A stretch of DNA of 64,000 nt from Spirogloea muscicola. Its lineage: Eukaryota. The stretch lies in the NCBI GenBank assembly GCA_009602725.1, contig WELB01000025.1, positions 453,276 to 517,275 of the forward strand, written 5' to 3'. The number at the start of each line of letters is the position of its first letter. Position 1 is the stretch's first letter. A model generated the notes under the pieces. That model ran no database searches. It was not told where the DNA came from and worked only from the letters and a program-made list of their open reading frames with translations. The translations under genes were made by a program, and so were the position numbers. Shown piece by piece: positions 48,492-59,702 of the stretch.

Positions 48492-51400
48492 ATGGAGTTC
48501 TGGGGTAAGGCTGCTCGCCCGCGCGGCTCGCGACGCCGCGGCCGCATCAGGCGACGGCCTCTCGCCATCGGCGGCCTGCCCTGAGTGCCGTTTTCATGGA
48601 GTCACTGCTCGTGCCACACTCGGCAGGCGTGGAGGTCAAGCCGGGGAAGGGCTTGGAGCTGGAGCCAGAAACCTACGTCCACATCTCTCAGGTAAGACCC
48701 CTGGTTCCCATTGCGACTCCTCTGCTTGCTTCCCTCCTCTTTGCTGGCCGCCCATCACTTGAGAATGGCCTATCTGTTCATTACAATGAGCCTAGTTCAC
48801 AAAGCCTTTCTCAATGGAGTGTGTGAACTGGCGGTGTTCTGGGTATGGTCAAGTCTATGCGGCTGGGCCCTCATTGACCCTCGCATGGCAGCAGGGTTAT
48901 CTGTCAAAACATCGTCTCGCCACTGCGTTGTCCAAGATGCAGTATGCTGCATGAAGCCAGCTAACCCTGCCATTGGTGACAGAGCCTGCCTCAAAGCTCT
49001 GGCTAGGCTCCAGCAGTGCGTAGTGTACTGCACAGCAGTCCTGAGTCCAGAAAGAGGCGTTTTTCGTGTACAACTGAGCCACACGGTGGTTCTGCCCAGG
49101 CAGTTCCTTTCGCATGTCGGAGTAATCAGGCACTCACAAAGATTCACATGTACTTGTTCATTGGATCCTCAGGCTGCTCTGGGTGCCAACCCAACAGATG
49201 GAGAAAGGGTGGTTCTCCAAGTGGCCAATGAGGGTGGAGACCCAATAGTGCTGGGGACCCTATCCAAGGGCAAGTGTGACCAGATACACCTCGATCTGGT
49301 CTTCGACCGCGACTTCCGACTCTTTCACACTGGGACGTCGAGCGTGTACTTCGTCGGATACACAACACCTGGGACACTATATCCTCTTCTTTACTGCTGT
49401 AATCATGGACGCTTGTTTCATGGTCATGATGGGCAATAAGAATGCCATGACCCGCAGTCAACATCCACTCTGCTGAGGCAGAGATATTTGTTGGCAGCAC
49501 TGCAATTGAGATTGGTTAAGGCCCTTGATTCTGGCTTACCGAAGATGACTTTGACGAAGATGATCTTGAGGACGAGGATGAAGAGCTTGAAGAAGACGAG
49601 GAGGATGATGAAGACGAGGCAGATGCTGGTGAAGGAGGTGCTGTCCACTTTCATTCCTTGCAGCCACTGATAAGCCGCCGAAGCCTTGCACGCTGATCTT
49701 CCCTTTTTGTTTTGCAACTACCAACTCTGGTGATCACAACCTACTTTGTCCAACTTTTCTATCAGCTGCAGGCATAGAAGCTGCTGTCAAGGAGAATGGC
49801 CGAGCGGCAGGTAGTTGCTTGGTCACTTCACCTTTCTTTCAAGCTTGCATACTTCCATCTTGCCATGTTCCAACAAGATTCTGAATTGCAGAAAATGTTG
49901 GGACAATCAGGAAAACTCATCAAGTCTACGCAAAAAGCAGCGAAGGCAGCAATTGCTTCAAGGGCAGCAGGCGAGGTAAATTGCTGTCATCATATTATAT
50001 TGTCATTCCAGATTGTGGAGTGTACAACCTGCTGCTCTTACCGCATAAGGCATATATACTGCCTCTCTTACAGCCTTCATATATTTGCTAAGCCTTTTTA
50101 CTTATTTTTTGTCAATGTGCTAAAATATATGGGTATAGGATGATGATGACGATGACAAGGACGAGGACGAGGACGACAAAGAATTCCTGAAAACAGCCAA
50201 CACCTTTGACATGGACGATGACGATGACGATGAATCTGACGACGAAGATTTCAATAATGCCGATCTTGCTGACCAGGTGCAGAGACATAGAGTGCTTCAT
50301 AGCTATCTTTACCCTTCATGATAGAGCACTTAACCTATGTCCATTGTGTGACGACTGAAGGCCATGCAATCCTTCGCATTGACAGAATGATGGATTCAAC
50401 TAAAACTCAATATCTCACTCATGGTGCTGTTTACATAAAGGAAAGGCCAAAGTAGAGTCAGTATTAGACCATTGCTCTAATGTCATTCCACATGTATGAC
50501 TGATTGGCAGTCTCAGTAGCTTGTCGGAATGGTCAATGGCCATCAGGCTTACTTGTGAGAGTCTTGCAGGAGGACGATGATGAGGACGACGATGATGATG
50601 AGTTTGATGATGACATGGACGATGACGATGATGAGGAGGATGAAGAAGACGAGGAATTGGACGTCCAGGGAGCCACTAAAGCAGTAGGCATTACTCACTC
50701 TGCCTATGGCATCAAGCATTTGTGGTCGTCGGTACAGAAGAAAGACACTGCCTGACAATCTCACTAGAAGCTCTAGGACTTCACTCCCAACTAGGATCTT
50801 TCGAGTACAGATCTTGGGTAGAATCATCGTCAGAATTACCAAGTAATTATTCATTGCAGGACATCCTTAATGAGGACAATATGCCCATGTGTGCATCACA
50901 AGTGTAATTACCAGGGGTCTTGACTGCATCGCAAGCAACATCAGAGTTGCTGGCTGCTTCCAAGATACGCCAGTCGGCCCTCTTCACTGTCTACTCTGAG
51001 CTGTTGTCTTATCTGGCACCACACAGGCTGGGAGCAAGAGAGCAGCTGCTGGCCCTATGCCTGTATCTGCAAAGAAATTGAAGGCTGAGACGCCTGGCAA
51101 GAAGCAAGGTGAGAGTAGCTGGCAGTACAAGAAGGAGAGAGTATTATTGTGCTTGATTCCGAAGCACTGGCTTTAGTACGCTCGGTGGTCAGCTGACCAC
51201 TGAGTGTAACGAGCCATCTTAGGCTGGTGTGCTTCCCTGGACATCTGCATGGCTGGAGTCTACGAGTCATTGTTCACAATTCAAAAGTCCGCTTCGTCAC
51301 TTTCATTGTAGTTACTCCAGCCACCAAGGGAGCCCCTGCAACTGCCAAGGCGACCCCAAGTCCTGGCAAGACACTAACACCTGCAGCAAAATCAAGTCAG

Positions 51401-52302
51401 GTACAGATTTTCAATGTATAGTGCAAAGGACAAGTAGTAGGTGTTTGGTATGCAATGGCATGTTATTCACTACCAGCCTTGAGAGTTATTCAAGGTTAGC
51501 AATCTGACATAGGTGACATTTGTAGCTGCATGATAGTGCAATCTTTTGGCTGCATCAGATGTTCCCATCCTGATTCATATACTTTGTACTGTCTACATTT
51601 GTACAGAAGCCTGCCAAAAGCGCATCACCAGGAACGCCGGGAACACCAGGCTCAGGCAAGAAACCGGGACTGGGCGAGTACACCTGCACGCCATGCAACA
51701 GGTAATGTGAATCTCGCTGACGGGGCTATGGTTGGACATGCTGTCAAACAGCTTTGCAGAGGCTAAGTCTGGTATCTGGCTTCATACGACTATACTGGTT
51801 CGCTTGTTGGGGCTGTCCATAGCCTGTCTTTTGTCCATACCATCTGAGAAGATGTGGCTACAGAGGGATGTAAGTGGCTGTGAATGGGTGCTAGTAAGCT
51901 GCCATTGATGCCATGATGATATGCATCTCGTTAACCTGAATAGGTTGAAGCCTCAAGTAGACAACCATCCATTTCCTACCTGAGCATTCAATGGCATATT
52001 AGTTGTCAATTCAGAGCCATCTTGTGATGTGTGTTTTGTGGAAGATGCTCGTCAGACATCTGACAATCTCAGCATAGGCCGCTGCCCTGTCTTGCTGCTG
52101 CATTTATCCTTTCATCAGACGTGTGGGTAACACTGTTAGCTTTGGCTGTGGCAAGCAGAGCTCTATATAGTAGGAGGTGCTTGACAAGAGAGTCGTGCCA
52201 GACCTTCAGCAATGTCTCTGACAAAGTTTCGATGGTTGCGGCAGGAAATTTGGCACAGAGCTGGCTTTGAACCAACACAGCAAGTCCAAGCATGGGTCTT
52301 AA
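48492..52302 (+). CDS. HDT: HD2-type (HD-tuin) histone deacetylase / nucleoplasmin-fold protein with acidic tract and C2H2 zinc finger
   Basis: MEFWG|GVEVKPGK...VHISQ|AALG...LGTLS...LDLVFDRDFRLFHTG..SVYFVGY; Asp/Glu-rich exons; K/P/T-rich region; terminal YTCTPCN R|KFGTELALNQHSKSKHGS* (last exon 52245-52302). Confidence 0.93.
49379..49539 (+). other. U12-type (minor spliceosome) AT-AC intron in HD2
   Basis: 5' end ATATCCTC, branch-like CCTTGAT at 49523-49529, 3' end ...CTTAC. Removal restores the frame (ACA CT|C GAA GAT GAC). Confidence 0.85.
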
Positions 52303-53360
52303 GATAGGCCTCAGCAGCACTGCTGGCATCCATCTCGTCTCTCATGCTGCAAGCATGCACAAGATGTTGCTGGAGGGTTGTTCTGCTGGAAGTAGCATGC
52401 AAGGTGGAGGGTAACTATGCTCTTACAGGTGTTAGGCCCTTGGCCCCTGGTGGGCGAAGAAGGGCCCTGTAATCATCAGTAGGTGCAATGCTTGCGTTAC
52501 TTAGACCCATCCTCCCGGAAGATTGGGAAGGGATGTTTTGTTGAGCACCTCATAGCACTTGGTTTGGCAGGATTTCCTAGACTTGAGTCTGGGTGCCCTG
52601 CAGGTGTATTTTTGCTCGCTAATGCATAGTCATGCATCCTAGAATCTCTCATTGAGCAGAAAAGCTTCAAATTCACATGGGTTTCTTTCAGTTGGAACCA
52701 GCTTAAACCCTATAATTTTCAAGGGCAGTGAGGGATGAGTGACATCATCGTTGTGTAATTGAAGTAACAGTGGGTTTTGCTGTCAGGTTAAGGGAGGTAG
52801 CAAGGTAGCTTCATGGGTGAAGAGGAGACTGGAGCAATGGGAAGGGTTGTCATATTATAGCAAGTGGATCACCAAGCAATTTAAGTTGTACTGACAAGGT
52901 TCTCAATCTATCAGCAGCCGCTCAAGCTAGACTTCATTCAACCTTTTCCCCTGTGGATCTCAGCCAGACATAGTACATGCAGGGCATATCTACAGAAAAA
53001 TTTGACGGCAGCTATTTCTATTCCTTGTGAGTGTGTGCAAATAGGTAATTTTGCTGGTGGCTATTTCTTGTTTCTTGTGAGAGTGTAAGGATTGGTGCGA
53101 AGCATTGAAAGCAAGCTGTCATCAGATCTGGCTTGGAGAGGTCTTGGCACCTCTCCTTATTGATCGCCAAGTAGAGGAAGCCATTCGAATGAGCAGATGG
53201 GCAGCCCCACGTTGGAACAATGAATGCAATGTATGCTCCTGCTGTTTACTAAGCTGCCAATACCTTGGTGGAGCACGTTGAGAAACTGAAAAGGATTGAG
53301 CAGCTGGACCGGAGTGGCCTGATCCTAGAGTAGAGGAACTTTTGCTGGACTAAGACTTGG

Positions 53361-54793
53361 TTAGCTAGTTGGTAGTCCACATTCAGTGTACTTCTTCAAG
53401 AGGACATCTCGATACTCTGTAAGAGACAAGCAGCATCAAAGTGAAAAGGAAGGCAGTACTGAGGTATCTCACAGCTTGCCTCGTATTTAGAGCAGATTGT
53501 CTCATGGAACTGATTTGACGCTAACATCACTTCAGTACCACAGCTTGTCTGCAAAATTGTGGACTAACCGTTCTGGTTGGACCACAGGCTGGCTGCAAAA
53601 GCGTTGAGTGGGCTATCGTTATTGGGCTCTGGAAAATCACAACCAGTAGTCAACAGAGTTCCAGATTCAGTCCATGACTACTTTTTGTTGTCCAACGTTG
53701 CAGGCTTTTTTGAGCTGACACTCATGTAGACTTCAACATATTCAACATATAATACTGGTGACAAGCTTGGAGGTTACTCTTTTAGCAACTGCAAGAGGAA
53801 GACTTGGCAGTCATCAGACTCAATGAGACAAGCTGACTCACGAACCTCCCAGGAGGCTTTGTATTGAGAGGAGGATTGAGCGGATGTCGTAGGCTGACGA
53901 CCATTTCTCCTGCAATGGCGTTGGATCAGATTGCATTTAGCCAACAGGTGTCATGCATGAGCACCGAGGAGCTTGCGAGCAAGCCAGCTACCGTCCCATT
54001 GTGACATGGTAATATTGCAAAGCTTGGGGTGGCCTGAGCGAGGACGGGTGGTCAGATGCAGCACACACCTTCAGAATGTCCAGGCAGATGTTGCCGTACT
54101 GGTCGACGTTGGGGTGGAAGCAGTAGGTGTCGAACTTCACCGCTGGTGCCTTGAAGGGATACTCACCAGGAAACCGGAGGCTCAGCTTGTAGGTGAGCCC
54201 CTCATAGACGGTGCCGGCGCTCCCCTTGATGGTGCCTGCCCACTGGAAGATGTTGTCCCCTTCTGGGAACGCGGAGATGCCGGGGTCTCCACAAGTCTGT
54301 CCAGCTCCACAGACAAGGATTCAGCAGTCTACGGCCAGCTCGAGCTGCCGTCGAGGCCTGCTGTGCCCATCTCCCGCCTTGCTAACTGGCCGTCCTGCTA
54401 GGCTCGAGCCAGCAGCTAAATCCAACCAAAAATTAACGAACGCTCAAGTACAAGCGGAGCGCATCTCTTGACTTTCGTGCTGCGAAGGTGAGCAATGCAG
54501 GTGGCAGCAGTCTGCGAGCAATCGTCCCAACAAGGCCCACACTGGGTGTGCACGCTGACACCTTACCATGAGCCCCATGAGCTCCGACTGGAGCCTGCCA
54601 CAGGTACAAAATGGAGCGTGGAGTCAGCTCTGGCAACGCGTAGTTGGCGCTGCGCAGAGACGTGGGCGTCCAGCTGGGAGCGGGCGGAGGTGGCCCACCT
54701 GCGGGCGACGGAGTGGCCGTCGGCCGAGGGGCAGCCGGGCTGGCTGTGCTTGCCCGCCGCCGGCGCCGGGAGCCCGCCGTGCTGTAGATTCAT
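53361..54793 (-). CDS. UBC19: Ubiquitin-conjugating enzyme E2-C (UBE2C; UBC19/UBC20-like), 6 exons
   Basis: [37 protein letters not shown]...[47 protein letters not shown]...|[10 protein letters not shown]...*. Confidence 0.93.
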
Positions 54794-54993
54794 GGCGGCG
54801 GCGGCGGCGGCGCCGGCGCCGGCGCGAGTTGCGGCGGCTAAGGCGGCGCTTTGGGCGGGGGGGCACTGTGTATGTGGGGGTGGATTTGTGGGGGCCACTG
54901 ATTCTTTTGGGGGGGGTTGGCAGCAGCCCGGATTTTGGACGGGCTCGGGGAACGGCTAGAAAGGGGCCCTGACGGGACGGAACGGGCTGCCGN

Positions 54994-55087
<94 letters not shown>
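54994..55087 (+). repeat. (CT)n microsatellite in the divergent UBC/GPRP promoter
   Basis: About 47 TC units directly after an N at 54993. Confidence 0.97.
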
Positions 55088-55089
<2 letters not shown>

Positions 55090-55397
55090 GCTCGCGCGCT
55101 CTATCCCACTCTCGCAGCCCGTCGGAGGATGGAAGCTCGCTCTTCTCTTCCATAGGTGCCGCTGCTGAGGGTGGCCAGCCCTTCACCAAGTGTCTCTCTT
55201 TCTTTCCATCCTTAGCCAGCCGCCTTTCAGGACCCGGCACCACCCGCCTAGAGTACCTGCTCTGCCGCTCTTTCCGCCACCAGCAGCCTGCCTCCCACCA
55301 GTCAGCGTCGGTTGCGCGACACCTTGTCGGGTCTGCTTTGCTAGCAGCTGGCAGCTAACAGTCACTGGTGACGGCTGCCCTCTCCGTGTGCACGCTG

Positions 55398-56526
55398 ATG
55401 GCCTCAGGTGTGTGCTTCTCCTCTCAAACGGCCCTTCGCACGCGTGATTGCAGGCTCATAGAGTTCTGGGCCAGCACTGCCAACGTTGTACTCAAATGGG
55501 GGGCGAGGGCAAGGTGCTTGCTGGCCAACATGCTCATCCTCGCCTCGCAAAATGCAATTGTGGGTGCCCGCATGCAGAGCCGCCGCAACCGCCGCCCTCC
55601 TCCTCCGCCTATCCTACGCTGGCCGATGAGGCCGCTGAGCAACCTCCAGCGGGCTACCCAGGCGTGATCGGCTCTGCTGCAGACCATCAGCCAGCCACGG
55701 CTTATGCGGGCTTGGCCGCATCCGCCCCGGAGCCGCTGCCACCTGGCTACCCAGAAGCCGTCAGCGAAAGCGAGGCCAGCGACAACGGCTTGCCCTCTGA
55801 GAAACTTGGCGACAAGGGCCTGCCAGACGACATTGTGAACAGGGGCCACCATGGCCATCATCATGGACACGGCGCCTATGGCTACCCTCCGCCGCTGTAT
55901 GGACCACCAGCACCAGCCTACGGTTACCCCCCACCAGGAGCATATCCTCCCGCCTATCCACCGCCACCTGGTTACGGTCCTGGTGAGTCATTGACATCAC
56001 GGAGCAAAAGCAAGATGGAATGTGCAGGAAATCTCCCCGCCCCATGGTCTTAAGCGTGCTGCTCTCTTGCTGATCGACTAATGGTGGGACGGGACCCTTG
56101 TTTTTGCTGTCACTAGTTCCGTGCTAAGCTTCTTACCCAGCAACTGGTGGTAACCCTCATCCATTTTGGCCAGTAGTGTGTCAGCATCTCTTTGGCCACC
56201 TGGCAGTGTCCTCTTTGGGCGCGGTTGCTTGCGAGTGCACTTGCTGCATAAGCCCTTTAGGTGTAGGCACGGCGGCGGCGGCCGTTGGTTGGTCGCTCAT
56301 GACACCGAGCTTGTTTTGTGGTGGCACAGTGCCTGGAGCATACCCGGCACCATACCCGGGGCACTACCCGCACGCAGGGTATGAGCAGCACGGTCACCAC
56401 CACTACAAGCACGGCAAGCACAAGTACAAGAAGCACAAGCCTTTTGGGAAAATCAAGCGCAGTTGGAAGCACTTCAAGCACGGTATCAAGAAGCCCTTTC
56501 ACCACCTCAAGCTCAAGAAGTGGTAG
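55398..56526 (+). CDS. Glycine/proline/histidine-rich protein (GPRP-like), copy 1
   Basis: Exons 55398-55407 (MAS-), 55578-55982 (DKGL motif, xYPP repeats) and 56330-56526 (HGKHKYKKHK...KKW*). Confidence 0.75.
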
Positions 56527-57444
56527 GGGAGCTGGAGCTTTCTACTGCAGAGTGATAGATGTTGAACCTTTGATACTTCAGCTTCTAGAGGAGCTCTAGC
56601 AAGCTGCACTTCTAAGCAAAGGCATGACAATAAAAGGAGACGTGAAACTCCTCATCACTCGTGCACGTGGCAAGCTCGGCAGGAGTAGCAGCTGACTGCA
56701 ATATCTGTATTCCGCTAACTTTCTGTACAGACATTTCTGCTGAAAGCCCGTCAGACACGCTTGCGATCACTTCCAGGCTGGCATTCACAGCCATTGCCTT
56801 GCTGCATTTAAGAAGGGGTTCACTGGGAGTCGCCGACACTGGGAGAAATTTCTCCGCAATTGAAGACATCGTCTTGCTAATCTCAACATGTAGCCAACGT
56901 TTGCATATGGGGAAGCCAATTCGGGACTGTCTTGTAACAGAGTCCCACCGGCCAGGTACAAGAACAGCAACTTCATAGCAGTGAAGCACCACTTCTGCCC
57001 TTGCTCAACAGAGGCCAAAGGCGTCCATCAAGGCAGCCGCTTGCCTTCCAGGTCTGCAGTCCTCCTGGCTGGCCCTTGCTGCTTGTCCAACTCTCAGTCC
57101 TGTCAATTGTGGTGATGTGTTGAACGAACAAATTGGTCTGAGGATCCAATCTATCAATGCGGTAACATGGTTGATCAGTCATTCGGCTGGGGGCCATCCT
57201 GTCAAATGTGATAGTGTGATGAACCAGCGCATAGGCTGGGAATCATCCGACTCAGGCTACTGGGCCATCGGAGCCCTTCCTGTGAGAAGGGGTTCCCTGG
57301 CACATTGGACTTGTTCGGATCTCAGGCAACCGCGCTGCTCCGGTGCACCCTACCTATGGCTGCAACCCTAACCAGATGAGCATGCCGGCAGCCACTTGTC
57401 ATTGTGCGATGGTGTGTGTCAGCCTGCTTGCAGCGAGCTCAGGC

Positions 57445-57660
57445 TCACGCTTTGCGAAAGAAAGCTGGTCGAGCCTGAGCTGGTGGCACAAGAGCTTGTC
57501 AATGGCTGTCCGGGTTTCGGGCATCGACTAGCAACCTCTATGTGCTGACCCGTGGTTACTGAACGGGTCAGCTCAGCAGCAGGTGATGTACACCTGCCAA
57601 TGTGCTAGCCTTTGTACTTGGCCACACAGGCCCTCCATCGCTCAATGCATACTCCAGTTC
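57445..57660 (+). mobile_element. Family B RLE retroelement 3' end
   Basis: KAGRA*AGGTRA...NLYVLTRGY*, plus a UTR matching the reverse complement of 29165-29270. Confidence 0.7.
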
Positions 57661-58241
57661 TCCTACCTGCAACCCCACCCTAGGTGCGGGCGGAGCCTGC
57701 GCTAGTCTGGTATGTACCTGCCGCCAAGAGCGCCTCTGAGTCTGTACCGCCAAGTGGAGGGCGGGCTGCTGGTTGTGAGCGACGGGCGAAGTTCCAGCTG
57801 AGGACAGGGAGGTAGAAAGTCAACGAAGGTCGTCGAGCACCACCGGCCTTTCTCGCCGTTCGAAGGCGGCTGGTCAACGGGGGCAGCTTGGAGAGCGCGG
57901 AAGCTTCCGAGCCCCCGACGCGGCGGCGACGCCCGTCGGGCCCGACGGCTGCCCGATGGGGGCCAGGGGCAGGCCGGAGTGCCCACCAACATCGCCGTGC
58001 TTGCCCGCGCACTCCTTGGCCGCTGGGGCCCTCCGCCACTCGGTACGCACCTGGGTGGCCCACAGCTTCTCCTGTAACATCAGCAGCCGCATTGATATTC
58101 GGGCACTCGGTGCTCGCCGTCTGCCGTCTCCCCCACGACCTGCGGCGGCTCCGGCGAGGCAGCCGGCCGCTCATCTCGTGGCGAGGCTGAGAGCCCACGC
58201 AGCGCAGACGAGGCGGCGGGCGCTGTTCCGACGTCCGAGCC

Positions 58242-59154
58242 ATGGCGTCCGGTGAGGGCGGCGGCCCAAGCGACGAACCTCGCGGCGGCGCGCGGCTTTC
58301 GCAGCCGCCGTCCTGACGCTGGCGCCGCCATGGCGCAGGCCCTCCGCCTCCGGGCTATCCTGGGGGGCAGGCCCCTCCGGCGGGCTACCCGACTGTCACC
58401 GGCGCGCCCGGCGAGGGGCACGCCGACGACGGTGAACGTGGCCTCGGTAGCGGCGGCGGTCATGGTGGGTACCCACCTCATGGCTACTATCCTCCAGCCG
58501 GTTTTGGGTTCCCCCCCGCGTACCCGCCGCCGCCGCCGCAGTACGCCTCGGCGCCAGCTTATGGCTACCCTCCCACTGGGTACCCGCCATATCCAGGTGA
58601 GCATCCGGCACAGTCGTCGTCGCACCCCCAGCCAGTGTCGAAGCAGTCCTTGTTGTAGGTCCCGCTCGACTGCCAGGCCCCTCTGGCTGCAGAGGGGCCG
58701 CCTCTTGACATGAAGTGCTGCTCGAGACTGGAACCTTACGTAGGACCTTCATGTGTCGCATGAGATGCAATGCGGCCAGTTGGCGGCTTGCATTGTACAG
58801 TAAGAGCTGGTCCTGTTGTTCCATGTGGGTGGCTGTCGCCACTGTTTGCGGTTGCGCCAGACCCTCTCCACTTGTGAGCTGTGTTATGTCGCAGTTCCTG
58901 GAGGCTATCCGGGGCCTCCGCAGTATGAACAGGGCGGCCACGGCGGCCACGGCGAATACGGCGGCCACGGCGGCCACGGCGGCAAGGACAAGCACAAGGA
59001 GCACGGGGGGCACGAGGGCTGGAGCGCGCATGGGCATGGTTATCCCCCGCATGGCTTCCAACCTGGGTACCACGAGCAGCACGGGCATGCAAAGCACAAG
59101 GAGCACAAGCACAAGCACAAGCATTGGAAGAAGGTATGCTCATTATCATCTTAG
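58242..59154 (+). CDS. Glycine/proline/histidine-rich protein (GPRP-like), copy 2; terminal splice uncertain
   Basis: Exons 58242-58251 (MAS-), 58339-58596 (ERGL motif, xYPP repeats) and 58895-59133 (GGH repeats, KHKHKHWKK). It then either reads through to a stop at 59154 or splices to TGA at ~59361. Confidence 0.72.
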
Positions 59155-59702
59155 CAGTACTCATGCTCTCTGTGACCATGTAGTCAGATGTCACCTCACT
59201 GTTTGTGACCAGGTAGTAAGAGGTCTCTCACATAACTCACGTTGTTTTTCTGGCAAAGCACGCCGAAGTCACCATGATCTGCAACGTAAATGCTTAGGCT
59301 GTTGAGCCCACTTGATAAGCTGAGGGCTCCTCTTTCTTCGAATTTGACCACTATGTGCAGTGAACAATAGATTGAAGATGCAGCTGTTCCAAAAGGGGAG
59401 CGAGGGCTGCGGAAATCCAGCCCACCAAAGAAAGAACAAGGATAGACCGCTTAGAGGAGTGCTGCCACTACCGGTGGATGAATGACGCTGGAGAAAAAGC
59501 AATGAGCTGAGCAGCCTTCCTGTTGCTCGCTCCAGCTGAGACTGTGATTTGATTTGTATATTCTTCAGCTATTCTACAGCTTTTTATCACGGCATTCAAT
59601 GATCGAACCCTGTGTTTCCTGTTAAACAGTCGGCAGCTACTACATAAAATCTAGCAAATATAAGTATTGCAAGCTCTTGGTGCAGTCTTCGTTTCATTAT
59701 CA

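Noticed and set aside
48492..52302. FKBP53-type nucleoplasmin-PPIase
   Set aside because: There is no FKBP domain; it ends in a C2H2 finger and starts MEFWG, as HD2 does.
54917..55243. ORFs with poly(LS) or poly(RE) tracts
   Set aside because: These are artefacts of the (CT)n microsatellite.
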